A stretch of 64,000 nucleotides of DNA from a virus (taxonomy: Duplodnaviria; Caudoviricetes). Positions 35,708-44,494 of this stretch are shown here, piece by piece. The DNA lies in IMG/VR virus record IMGVR_UViG_2827231811_000003, positions 930 to 64,929 of that record; one strand, given 5' to 3'. How positions within the stretch are numbered: position 1 is the stretch's first letter; the number at the start of each line of letters is the position of its first letter. The translations under genes were made by a program, and so were the position numbers. The notes under the pieces are model-generated. The model saw only the letters and a list, made by a program, of their open reading frames with translations. It was not told the origin of the DNA and searched no databases.

Positions 35708-36426
35708 GTAGACGACCCCTCATCGGACCGAAGCCGGACTACGTCGGCGCGGTGAGTCGCAGCAGCAACTACCTCACCGGCGACGCGGAACCGCTCGTGG
35801 GCGTCAGCGACTCCCTGCCGGATTCAGTGCGCGGGGCTGTGCTCGACGCTGCGGAGAAGGTCCTCGCCGAGCACGGCGACGACGAGCCGCTGTTGCCGAC
35901 GCCGTGGGAACAGAAGGGCGGCACCGTTGTCGATGCCAACGGGCGGCACGTGCTCACCGTCGGAACGATGGCCAACGACGTGGAGCGCGCCAGTGTCGCC
36001 TCGACCGTCGCCGCCATCGTGAACGAAGCCGTCGAGTCCAGTTCGGCGAAAGACGCTCGGGCTTCGGTGGGGACCGAGCGCGACGAGTGGCGCCGCGCCG
36101 CTGAACACTCCCGGCAGGTCCACCGCGATCTCGTGGCCACTGTGCGTGGGATCAGCGAGAACCTGGCTCGGGCTCTCGCGTGGCACGACCCGGACGACAC
36201 GCCTGACGTCGAGCCCGTCGACGACCAGCGGTACGTCTACCTGCGTCTCGGCGGTGTCGACGAGCCGTTCTACTACTACCGCTGGAGCGGTGCCGGACCG
36301 GTCGAACAGCTCGTCGAACTCGATGGCAATTGGCGGCAGACCGGCCGCAGGCACCCCGCTGACATGCCTGGTGGCGTCCGCATCATCCGCGGCGACGAGC
36401 TGCCCGAGCCCGACGCCGAGTCGTGA
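35704..36426 (+). CDS. Hypothetical protein
   Basis: ATGA overlap; 240 aa. Confidence 0.6.
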   Translation: MSRRPLIGPKPDYVGAVSRSSNYLTGDAEPLVGVSDSLPDSVRGAVLDAAEKVLAEHGDDEPLLPTPWEQKGGTVVDANGRHVLTVGTMANDVERASVASTVAAIVNEAVESSSAKDARASVGTERDEWRRAAEHSRQVHRDLVATVRGISENLARALAWHDPDDTPDVEPVDDQRYVYLRLGGVDEPFYYYRWSGAGPVEQLVELDGNWRQTGRRHPADMPGGVRIIRGDELPEPDAES

Positions 36427-36511
36427 GCTGAGAGGACAACCCGCACACGCCTCGCTGTGTGGGCTGTCTGCCCAGCTCACGACTGGGTTCCCGGATGAAC
36501 AGGAGAGACCG

Positions 36512-36751
36512 ATGAACGTTGCGGATCTGGCCGCTGACATTGCTGACAAGACCGACGTGCTCTGGGTCAACGTCAACAGCGATGGAACGTGGGTTGGGCT
36601 GTACCCCGACGAGGACGGCGTCGACGGGCTCGATCTCGAGACCGCGTGGCAGGTCGACGAGGTGCTGACCGACGACGTGTTGGACGAGCTTGTCGATGGC
36701 CACGGTGTGCGGGTCGTGGACTTCGACACCGGACATGCGTGGGAGGTGTGA
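36512..36751 (+). CDS. Acidic hypothetical protein
   Basis: CCCGGATGAACAGGAG before ATG. Confidence 0.6.
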   Translation: MNVADLAADIADKTDVLWVNVNSDGTWVGLYPDEDGVDGLDLETAWQVDEVLTDDVLDELVDGHGVRVVDFDTGHAWEV

Positions 36752-36754
36752 CCG

Positions 36755-36913
36755 GTGGGCCGCCCGTGCCGTGGCGGACCCCGTTGCGCGGAGCAGCGGG
36801 CCGGGCAGTGCTTGGCCGGGCTCGTGGCGTTGGCGGTGGTCGCAGCGCTGGTTGGCGGGTTGGTGTCGGTCATGGTGGTGCTGGTCGCCGAGGTCTTCGG
36901 AGGTGCGTGGTGA
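36755..36913 (+). CDS. Small membrane protein (not in ORF track)
   Basis: MGRPCRGGPRCAEQRAGQCLAGLVALAVVAALVGGLVSVMVVLVAEVFGGAW; overlaps the next GTG. Confidence 0.45.
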   Translation: MGRPCRGGPRCAEQRAGQCLAGLVALAVVAALVGGLVSVMVVLVAEVFGGAW

Positions 36914-37311
36914 GCCTGAACTTCGAGGAGGCATACGAGCGTGCCCGTCCTGTCTCCCCGTTCGCGAACGGGGACGAGTGGGAAGAGTGGTCCGAGAGCT
37001 GGTGTGGCACGTGTCTGCGTGACGCGCCGCATCGCCGCATGGGGTCCGGTTCGGACTGTCCGCTGGTGATGGTGGCGTTCTCGGAACGGACGCCGGCGGA
37101 GTGGTTGGACGGGCCTCGCGATGAGCAGGGCCGGTACCGGATGTCGGAGCAGTACGTGTGTGTCGAGTATCGGCGTCCGGGTGGCGGTGGTGGTGAGCCG
37201 CGGCCGCAGCCGGAGCCGCTGGACATGGAGGGGCTGTTTCCGCGGCCGGAGCGGGCGGTTCGGATGCCGGTCTTGCCTGAGACGGCGGCTGTTGTGGGGA
37301 GGTCAGCGTGA
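36910..37311 (+). CDS. Cys-containing hypothetical protein
   Basis: PFANGDEW..WCGTC..CP motif; GGAGG SD. Confidence 0.55.
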   Translation: MSLNFEEAYERARPVSPFANGDEWEEWSESWCGTCLRDAPHRRMGSGSDCPLVMVAFSERTPAEWLDGPRDEQGRYRMSEQYVCVEYRRPGGGGGEPRPQPEPLDMEGLFPRPERAVRMPVLPETAAVVGRSA

Positions 37312-37610
37312 GTGACGACGAACGTCCCGTGCACGACGTCGCGGTGACGGTGTTCGCCCGCTGCGAGGGCGTGGACTACGGGGAAGCCGCCAACCTCGCC
37401 ATGGCGGCGGTGAGGTCTCTGTTCCGGCAGCACGGTACGACGCAGGACGACGGAAGCCGCCGGCTAGTGCTGCACATGCGGGATGAGGACGTACCGGTCG
37501 ACGTGCACTACGTCACGGAAGCTGGTCAGGCCGTCCGCAGCGGCTACTTGTGGCTCCATCCGACCAAGCAGGCGTACCCGAGGGCGGATGAGAGCCAGCT
37601 CCCGAGGTGA
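37308..37610 (+). CDS. Hypothetical protein
   Basis: GGAGG SD, GTGA overlap. Confidence 0.55.
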   Translation: MSDDERPVHDVAVTVFARCEGVDYGEAANLAMAAVRSLFRQHGTTQDDGSRRLVLHMRDEDVPVDVHYVTEAGQAVRSGYLWLHPTKQAYPRADESQLPR

Positions 37611-37615
37611 GGCGA

Positions 37616-37660
37616 ACTGAAAGGCCCTGGTCAGCAACCCTCTGACCAGGGCCTTTCAGT
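37616..37660. terminator. Terminator hairpin
   Basis: Perfect 19 bp IR ACTGAAAGGCCCTGGTCAG / CTGACCAGGGCCTTTCAGT. Confidence 0.7.
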
Positions 37661-37701
37661 GTTCCCCAGAGCACAACACCCTTCCACGTGGCCGATATCA
37701 T

Positions 37702-37720
37702 GTTATGATGATTATATAAG
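37702..37720 (+). promoter_or_regulatory. Early promoter/operator box, copy 5
   Basis: GTTATGATGATTATATAAG. Confidence 0.7.
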
Positions 37721-37751
37721 AAAGAAAGATAACACAGACCCGGAGGACGAC

Positions 37752-38075
37752 ATGCTGGACGCCATCACCGCCCGCGACATCTTCACCACCGACACGGTCC
37801 TGGCTCAGGCTGACGTTCAGGTCACCCGCAAGCGCCGCATGGACGACGACCGCGACTGGTTCATCGGACTGGCCAACACGAACCGCACGATCACCATTCG
37901 CAGCCTGACCACGACGCTCTCCTCGATCTTCTCCGGCACCACGAAGGTGTCCGAGCAGGCGGTCGAGGCGCTGGCCATGCTGGTGGACAAGAAGGACGCG
38001 TCGCAGGTCACCGACGAGATCGCGGCCGAGGTTGTTGCTGGCCTGGCGTTCGGCGAGATGAAGTCGGGCTGGTGA
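37752..38075 (+). CDS. Hypothetical protein
   Basis: GGAGG SD after the early box. Confidence 0.6.
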   Translation: MLDAITARDIFTTDTVLAQADVQVTRKRRMDDDRDWFIGLANTNRTITIRSLTTTLSSIFSGTTKVSEQAVEALAMLVDKKDASQVTDEIAAEVVAGLAFGEMKSGW

Positions 38076-38103
38076 TTCGCCTCTCCACTTTCCCGAAAAA
38101 CAA

Positions 38104-38122
38104 GTTAAGATAATCATATAAC
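38104..38122 (+). promoter_or_regulatory. Early promoter/operator box, copy 6
   Basis: GTTAAGATAATCATATAAC. Confidence 0.7.
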
Positions 38123-38164
38123 AAGGACAAACTCCCGGATGCCCATACTGGAGAAGGAGACACC

Positions 38165-38917
38165 GTGACCGAGAACAAGGTTCTGGAGCGCGTTCGGCGC
38201 CTGCTCGACAAGGCGGCCCACCCGAACACGCCGCCGGCCGAGGCGGAGCTGGCCCAGCAGCGCGCGATCGAGATCGCCGAGAGGCACGGCATCGACACGG
38301 CACTGCTCGAGGACGGCCACGTCACCGGCAGCGACGTCGAGACCCGCGAGATCGCGATCGAGCCGTCCTACGCGCAGGAGAAGTCGATGCTGCTGCACGT
38401 GATCGCGCAGACGTCGAACTGCCGGATGGTGGCGTACCCGCGCGACTGGCGTTACGGCAAGGGCCGCAACCGCGACGGCAGCCGCCGGACGGTGTTCCAC
38501 TACGGCAAGGGCGTGGACGCGAAGGTCTACGGCTTTCCCAGTGATCTTGAGCGCGTGGAGCTGCTGTTCACGCTGCTGATGATGCAGGCCACGAAGGACA
38601 TGATGCGGTCGATGCCGAAGCCGGGCGAGGACCCCGGCGCCCACCGACGCAGCTTCCTGTTCGGGTTCTGCGACTCGGTCGGCGCGCGGATGCAGGAGAT
38701 GCGCCAGCGTGCTGAGCGTGAGGCGAACGCCGAGTCCGACGGGCGGTCGACAGCGCTGGTGCTGCGTGATCGGCAGGCGCTGGTCGAGGAGTTCTTCCAG
38801 TCGAAGAACCCGAACGCGCAGGCCCGCACCGCCTCCACGTCGTCCCGCGCGGGATACCAGGCCGGCTACGCCGCAGGCGAGCAGGCCGACCTGGGCCAGA
38901 CCGCGGTCAGCGCCTGA
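38165..38917 (+). CDS. DUF2786-domain protein
   Basis: VLERVRRLLDKAAHPNTPPAEAE..HGID N-terminus; SFLFGF motif. Confidence 0.75.
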   Translation: MTENKVLERVRRLLDKAAHPNTPPAEAELAQQRAIEIAERHGIDTALLEDGHVTGSDVETREIAIEPSYAQEKSMLLHVIAQTSNCRMVAYPRDWRYGKGRNRDGSRRTVFHYGKGVDAKVYGFPSDLERVELLFTLLMMQATKDMMRSMPKPGEDPGAHRRSFLFGFCDSVGARMQEMRQRAEREANAESDGRSTALVLRDRQALVEEFFQSKNPNAQARTASTSSRAGYQAGYAAGEQADLGQTAVSA

Positions 38918-38935
38918 CGAGAAGGGGGACCAGCG

Positions 38936-39112
38936 ATGATCGTCAAGACGCGCCGCTACTGCTTCTACTGCCACGAGGAGATCGAACACCTGGACGGCGT
39001 CGGTTGGGTCGAGGTCGGCGACGACGGGCACTACGACATCTGCCCTGACAGTCCGGCTGCGCTCCGGGAGCCGATCGACGATGACGAGATGAAGCACCGA
39101 CCCATGTGGTGA
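38936..39112 (+). CDS. Small Cys-containing protein (not in ORF track)
   Basis: MIVKTRRYCFYCHEEI..DICPD; AAGGGGG SD. Confidence 0.45.
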   Translation: MIVKTRRYCFYCHEEIEHLDGVGWVEVGDDGHYDICPDSPAALREPIDDDEMKHRPMW

Positions 39113-39212
39113 CCTGCTGCTTCTCGCCGACCGGCGGGGCCTCGGCTACCTGCTGAGGCCCCGCCGATGTCGTGGCACAATCGAAACTGCGTTCGATACT
39201 GAAAGGCGTGCG

Positions 39213-39494
39213 TTGCGGCCGGTGGAGCCGCCGCGCCCTGTCGTGGTCGAGCTGCGGCACCTGTGGCCGCCTGAGCGCGGTGTTCGCTGGGCGAGGGATA
39301 CGCCCATCTGGGTTCGCGCGTCTGGCGTCGACCTGCACGAGGACGTCGAGGGAACGCTGACGCACTGGCTGCTGACCTGCGCGGGCGATTGGCTCGGTGT
39401 TGTCGAGGGGTTGCAGCTCGGGTCGCAGAACAACGAGCTGTCGCTGCCGTTGGGTCCGCAGGTGGTGAGGGCGTCGACGATCCGCCCTCGCTAG
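39213..39494 (+). CDS. Hypothetical protein
   Basis: GAAAGG SD; 93 aa. Confidence 0.5.
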   Translation: MRPVEPPRPVVVELRHLWPPERGVRWARDTPIWVRASGVDLHEDVEGTLTHWLLTCAGDWLGVVEGLQLGSQNNELSLPLGPQVVRASTIRPR

Positions 39495-39572
39495 GACGCG
39501 CGTCGACACGGCGTTTCTGCTGGTCGGGACTGTTTCGCAGGGCACACTCTTGCCCCTTATCGCTGTTATCGT

Positions 39573-39591
39573 GTTAAGATGATTATATAAC
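39573..39591 (+). promoter_or_regulatory. Early promoter/operator box, copy 7
   Basis: GTTAAGATGATTATATAAC. Confidence 0.7.
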
Positions 39592-39611
39592 CCGGATGAG
39601 TTGGAGTTGAG

Positions 39612-40118
39612 ATGACGATCGAGCACCCCCGATACGCCGAGGCCGTGGACACGGTCGCGGCTGACCCCGCGGTCCAGCGCATGGCCGCTGAGCTGCGCCT
39701 CGACAACATGCCGCGCGAGACGTTCACCCACGCCTCCAACACCCCGACCATGCCGTTCATGGAGCGCGCCAACGACGCCTACCAGCGCTACGGCGGCAGT
39801 GCGTACGGCCTGTTCCTCGGCACCGTGGCCAACGCGGTGCTTCGCCTGGCCTACGACTCCCCGCTCCGCCGCTACGAGGTGCGCACGGGTAGCACGGGCG
39901 GCGACACCGTGGGCGTCGGCATTCCCCCGCTGGTCACGTTCGAGGTCATCAACGACGCCGAGCTGGGGCTGCGCATCGCCGACCTGGTCCGCAACGCGCA
40001 CAACCTGGACCGCGAGCAGGTCGTCGTGGAGCTCTACACCAGCGTGGCCGAGGCCCGCCGCGAGGACACGGGCGAGCGGCTGGAGTCCTTCGCCGTGGAC
40101 GAGGTGATCGGGCGATGA
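39612..40118 (+). CDS. Hypothetical protein
   Basis: GGAG SD after the early box. Confidence 0.6.
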   Translation: MTIEHPRYAEAVDTVAADPAVQRMAAELRLDNMPRETFTHASNTPTMPFMERANDAYQRYGGSAYGLFLGTVANAVLRLAYDSPLRRYEVRTGSTGGDTVGVGIPPLVTFEVINDAELGLRIADLVRNAHNLDREQVVVELYTSVAEARREDTGERLESFAVDEVIGR

Positions 40119-41602
40119 GCGGGTTCACCCCGACCGATGAGCAGGTCGCCATCATCGACGCGTGCGCCGCGGGCCGGAACCTCGTGATTGAGGCCGGCGC
40201 CGGGGCGGGCAAGACGTCGGTGCTCAAGTTGGCGGCCGAGAAGATGAAGGGCCGCGGGCTGTACGGCGCATTCAACAAGGCGATCGCGGACGAGGCCGCT
40301 GCCAAGTTCCCGAAGCACGTGACCTGCAAGACGATCCACTCGTTGGCGTTCGGTCAGGTGGGCACGCGGTACAAGGGCCGGCTGAACGGGCCGCGGCAGC
40401 CGGCGCGGCAGGTCGCGCACCTGCTCGGCATCCGCGAGCCCGTGACGATCAGCGACGTCGAGCTGTATCCGGCCACGATCGCTCGCCTGGCGGTCGATGC
40501 CGTGGAGCGGTTCTGCAACTCCGCCGACGACGAGATCGGCTGGTCACACGTGCCGCAGATCAACGGTCTGACCGTGGAGGACGACCCGGAGGCCAGTGCC
40601 GCGGTGAAGCGGCTCGTCATGCCGCACGCTCAAGCGATCTGGGCCGACCTCCAGCACACGGACGCCGACGGTGGCGGCCTGTTCCGGTTCACGCACAGCC
40701 ACTACCGCAAGATCTACGCGCTGCGGAAGCCGCGGCTGCCGTTCGACTTCATCCTGCTCGACGAGTGCCAGGACACGTCGCCGGTCGTGGCGGAGATGCT
40801 GATGGCCCAAACGCACGCCCAGCTGATCGCGGTGGGCGACGCGGCGCAGGCGATCTACGGCTGGGCCGGTGGGTCGATGGAGACGCTGGACCGGTGGCCT
40901 GCCGAGGAGCGGCTGCGGCTGACGCAGTCGTTCCGGTTCGGCCAGCAGATCGCGGCCGAAGGCAACAAGTGGCTGACACTGCTGGGAACGGACATGCGGA
41001 TCAGCGGCACCGGCACGTCGGTGGTCGGCCCGGTGGTGCGGCCGAACGCGGTGCTGTGCCGCACGAACGGCGGCGCGGCGCAGGAGGTGCTGCGGGCGCA
41101 GAAGGCCGGCACCAGGGTGGCGCTGGTCGGCGGCGGTGCGGCGATCAAGAACCTCGCCGAGGCGTGCGAGGACTTGCGCGCTGGTCGGGCGACGTCGCAC
41201 CCGGAGCTGGTGGCGTTCCGCGACTGGGGTGAGGTGCAGGACTACGCCACCCACGAGTCGTCCGGCTCGGACCTGCGGGCGTTCGTCACGCTGATCGACA
41301 ACCACGGGTCGGACGTGGTGATCGAGGCGATGGAGCGGCTGTCGCCGGAGAGTCGTGCCCAGGTCACGGTGTCGACCGCGCACAAGGCCAAGGGGCGTGA
41401 GTGGCCGACGGTGCGGATCGGTGGTGACTTTCAGGAGCCGGAGAGCGCGGACGGCGAGCCGGTCGACCCGGAGGCGGAAGAGGTGCGTCTGGCGTACGTG
41501 GCGGTGACCCGCGCTCAGAACTGCTTGGACGTCGGCGGGCTTGAGTGGATCGACGACCACGTCGACCAGCCCGAGAAGACCGTGAAGGAGGTGACCCAGT
41601 GA
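40115..41602 (+). CDS. UvrD/Rep-like superfamily 1 helicase
   Basis: AGAGAGKT, LLDECQD, VGDAAQAIYG, LTQSFRF, STAHKAKGREW and YVAVTRA motifs. Confidence 0.9.
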   Translation: MSGFTPTDEQVAIIDACAAGRNLVIEAGAGAGKTSVLKLAAEKMKGRGLYGAFNKAIADEAAAKFPKHVTCKTIHSLAFGQVGTRYKGRLNGPRQPARQVAHLLGIREPVTISDVELYPATIARLAVDAVERFCNSADDEIGWSHVPQINGLTVEDDPEASAAVKRLVMPHAQAIWADLQHTDADGGGLFRFTHSHYRKIYALRKPRLPFDFILLDECQDTSPVVAEMLMAQTHAQLIAVGDAAQAIYGWAGGSMETLDRWPAEERLRLTQSFRFGQQIAAEGNKWLTLLGTDMRISGTGTSVVGPVVRPNAVLCRTNGGAAQEVLRAQKAGTRVALVGGGAAIKNLAEACEDLRAGRATSHPELVAFRDWGEVQDYATHESSGSDLRAFVTLIDNHGSDVVIEAMERLSPESRAQVTVSTAHKAKGREWPTVRIGGDFQEPESADGEPVDPEAEEVRLAYVAVTRAQNCLDVGGLEWIDDHVDQPEKTVKEVTQ

Positions 41603-42279
41603 CCGCAGCCGTGCGCAGCATCCAGCCCCGTCGTATATCGTCGCCTGAAAATGATCATAACCAGAAGGGGCGGCGACGGATGGGGCACGAGCCTCTGAGG
41701 GCGAAGTACACGAAGCCGGACGGGCGGCCGGCGGTGCGGGTGGAGGCTCCGCGGTACCTGAGCGAGGAGCAGGCCGCGCGGATGTTGGCGTGCCTGTACG
41801 CCGGTGGCGGCACGGTGATGACGGGTGAGATGCAGCTGCGGCACGGGCTGCACCACGCGGTGCAGATGCAGTACCAGCGCGAGTTGCCGCACGAGCCCGA
41901 CCCGAACCTGGTCGACGGGTACAAGGCTGCGCTTGAGCGGCATCGGGCGAAGTTCTTCCGGTTCGCGTGGGTGGAGAACGTCGGCAAGTTCTCGTCGGTG
42001 AAGCGCCTCGGGCTGGACCCGGAGCAGGCCACGCATTGCCGGATCGACGAGTCGGTCACGTTCGATTTCGACGAGGCGCGCCGGGCGTTGGCGCTGGTCT
42101 ATGGCGAGATGCCGACCGGTGTGCGCGTGGGCCTGTCGACCTGCACGAATGGGCTGTTGCGGGCCGCTCGTGAGCGCGTGTTGGATTCGGGACGTCAGCC
42201 GGACCCGGAGGCGGTGGCCGCGTTCGGTGAGCTACTAGCCGAACACGTCGAGGGATTCCCCGGTGAGGAGACGTCATGA
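41599..42279 (+). CDS. Hypothetical protein
   Basis: GTGA overlap; alternative start ATG 41680. Confidence 0.55.
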   Translation: MTAAVRSIQPRRISSPENDHNQKGRRRMGHEPLRAKYTKPDGRPAVRVEAPRYLSEEQAARMLACLYAGGGTVMTGEMQLRHGLHHAVQMQYQRELPHEPDPNLVDGYKAALERHRAKFFRFAWVENVGKFSSVKRLGLDPEQATHCRIDESVTFDFDEARRALALVYGEMPTGVRVGLSTCTNGLLRAARERVLDSGRQPDPEAVAAFGELLAEHVEGFPGEETS

Positions 42280-42542
42280 GCCCTGATCAGTACTTCGACG
42301 ATGCGGTTCGCCGCAGCGTGACGAGCGTGCGGGAGAACGACAGGCACCCGCTTGGGGTGTGGTCCACGGGCGAGAAATTGCTGGTCGCGCTGGTGTTGAT
42401 GGACCGCGAGTACCTTGCCGACGAGGGTTACAGCTACGACGAGGCGATGACGCGTGTGGCCGGCGGGATCGGCGTCGACCGTGGCCAGTTGCCGGAGTGG
42501 CTGGATCGGGTGCGGCAAGAGGTCGAGCGGCAGACGCCGTGA
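42276..42542 (+). CDS. Hypothetical protein
   Basis: GAGGAG SD, ATGA overlap. Confidence 0.55.
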   Translation: MSPDQYFDDAVRRSVTSVRENDRHPLGVWSTGEKLLVALVLMDREYLADEGYSYDEAMTRVAGGIGVDRGQLPEWLDRVRQEVERQTP

Positions 42543-42602
42543 CCGGGAAGGGGCTGACCTGGGTTTTCACCCGGTCGGCCCCTTCCTTCGCCGCATTATC
42601 CG

Positions 42603-42622
42603 GTTATGATGATTATATGAAC
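42603..42622 (+). promoter_or_regulatory. Early promoter/operator box, copy 8
   Basis: GTTATGATGATTATATGAAC. Confidence 0.7.
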
Positions 42623-42643
42623 TCGACTACGGAGGGAGTTGGC

Positions 42644-43063
42644 ATGGAGTCCACGACGCTCGCGCTGTGCACCACGACCGCCGGAACACGAGCCCGAGTC
42701 CGCGTGCGCATGAGCTACGACGCGACCGACCCGTTCGCCGTGACCTGGGCGTTCCAGACCAGGCCGTCCGAGGTGCAGTGGGTCATCGGCCGGGAGCTGC
42801 TGCTCGACGGCATCACCAGCCGAACGCCAGTCGGCGACGGCGACGTGCAGCTGCACCGCGGCGACCACGGCGAACTCGAGGTGCGCCTCTCGTCCCCCAC
42901 CGGCGACGCCACGTTCACGATGCCCGGCAGCGACGTCGCCGAGTTCCTGGTCGACACGCTCGCCGAGGTGCCGGAGGGCTTCGAGGTGTTGGGCACCGAT
43001 GACGTAGCGACGCTGCTCACGGGTCACACGCACACGTCGGAGAGCCGCGTCGACCAGCGATAA
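42644..43063 (+). CDS. SsgA-like (SALP) sporulation/cell-division protein
   Basis: YDATDPFAV, WVIGRELLLDG, GDGDV, LSSPTGDA and FLVDTLAEVPEG motifs. Confidence 0.85.
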   Translation: MESTTLALCTTTAGTRARVRVRMSYDATDPFAVTWAFQTRPSEVQWVIGRELLLDGITSRTPVGDGDVQLHRGDHGELEVRLSSPTGDATFTMPGSDVAEFLVDTLAEVPEGFEVLGTDDVATLLTGHTHTSESRVDQR

Positions 43064-43109
43064 CCAGACAGGCAGGCCAACAGATCACCGGATGAAGGAG
43101 AAGCACGCG

Positions 43110-43352
43110 ATGTTCGAAACGGTCAGCCAGGACACCGTCGACAAGCTCGCGACCGAGATCGCCGAGACCGAAGACGAGATCGTCGTCGAGGACGCCGGCG
43201 ACGGCTGGTGGGAGGTCTGGATCAGGGACTACGGGTCCGACCGTGGCGCGTACTGGGGCGTCGTCCCCGGCGAGGTCCTTGTAGCACTGAACGACTCCCC
43301 CGACGAGTACGCCGTCGACATCTACAACCCCGACGGCAGCGACTGGGAATAG
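43110..43352 (+). CDS. Acidic hypothetical protein
   Basis: CCGGATGAAGGAG before ATG. Confidence 0.6.
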   Translation: MFETVSQDTVDKLATEIAETEDEIVVEDAGDGWWEVWIRDYGSDRGAYWGVVPGEVLVALNDSPDEYAVDIYNPDGSDWE

Positions 43353-43395
43353 CCAGCGACCAACGATCAACCCCACTCGAAAGGGAGTACCGCCA

Positions 43396-43644
43396 GTGCC
43401 TACTACCCGTGAACCGCTCGACCACGTCGCCGTCACTCGTGTTCGCGAGCTGCGGAACGGAGACCAGCTCACCAAGGCCGAGCTGCGCTGTGCCGTGGCC
43501 AGGCTCTATGCCGACGGCTACCCCGTCGACGCCATCGCTCGACAGCTCGACGTCAAGAGTCGAAATGTGCGGCGCGACCTGCGTAAATGCCAGGGGGTGA
43601 AACCGCAGGTCCACCCTGTTTCCGTGCCCAATATCGTGTTATGA
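43396..43644 (+). CDS. Small HTH DNA-binding protein
   Basis: GYPVDAIARQLDVKSRNVRRDL HTH pattern. Confidence 0.6.
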   Translation: MPTTREPLDHVAVTRVRELRNGDQLTKAELRCAVARLYADGYPVDAIARQLDVKSRNVRRDLRKCQGVKPQVHPVSVPNIVL

Positions 43645-43657
43645 TGATTGTAGTAAC
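43638..43657 (+). promoter_or_regulatory. Early promoter/operator box, copy 9
   Basis: GTTATGATGATTGTAGTAAC upstream of whiB. Confidence 0.65.
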
Positions 43658-43673
43658 TTGATCATGAGGTGGT

Positions 43674-44000
43674 GTGACGAACGTGTATTGGCGAGACCGC
43701 GCCGCATGTCGCAATGAGGACCCGGACCTGTTCTTCCCGGACGGGACGAAGGACGCGATGAGCAAGTGGCAGCTGGCCACGGCGAAATCCGTGTGCGCCC
43801 GCTGCCCGGTCGCGAACGAATGCCTGGCCGACGCGATCACGCACCCCAAGCACTGGGGCGTGTTCGGCGGACTGGATGCAGACGAGCGCCGGGCCATGGT
43901 CCGCGCCCACGAGCGCACGCTGACGAACACCGACTCGGACGGCGGGCAGCCCCGAATGCCGGCCGGTCCGCGGCTCGCCGGGGTTTCCCCGAGCACCTGA
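43674..44000 (+). CDS. whiB: WhiB-family transcription factor
   Basis: WRDRAAC, DLFFP, CARCPV..C and GVFGG motifs (four Cys). Confidence 0.92.
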   Translation: MTNVYWRDRAACRNEDPDLFFPDGTKDAMSKWQLATAKSVCARCPVANECLADAITHPKHWGVFGGLDADERRAMVRAHERTLTNTDSDGGQPRMPAGPRLAGVSPST

Positions 44001-44139
44001 CGAGCCCCTTCGTCCACGACGCCTCCCCTATCCCCCGGCCGTCGTGGGCGTTGGGGCTCGTCAGGTGACGGCACCGTCCCCCTGAACGAGACCCTGCGAC
44101 CAGCACGCACATCAGAGACGAACGTGCTGGTCGCAGGGT
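43996..44139. repeat. Two long hairpins between whiB and rep
   Basis: 13 bp IR 43996-44008/44053-44065; 17 bp IR 44091-44107/44123-44139. Confidence 0.7.
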
Positions 44140-44494
44140 TGATCTCCGGATGAATAGGAGTCGCCGCCCATGTTATCGGGCTGGACGAAGTGCCCGTTCT
44201 CCTCGTGTCACAGCGCAGGAAGTCGTGCACTGTCCGATACGATCCGGGCTATCTCTGATGGGGGATGCCTAGGCAAAGGAAAAGCCCCCCGGCACCACCC
44301 AGGGGGCTTGAAGGCCTTTGCCCGGCCGTTTCCTCATCAGAGTCACGAGAAAGTCAACACCTGCCAGTGGGAGCTCTCGTGACCGTGCGGACTCACCATC
44401 CGCACAGTGGCCACTATAGCGGTTTGCTGCTACAGAGCGACAGCACCGTTCGTGCCCGTGTCACAGAGGTCTCCTTAGAAGAGGAGAAACGTAC

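Noticed and set aside
19663-43657. CRISPR array interpretation of the repeated AT-rich boxes
   Set aside because: Copies are hundreds to thousands of bp apart, each before a gene; no regular spacers and no cas genes
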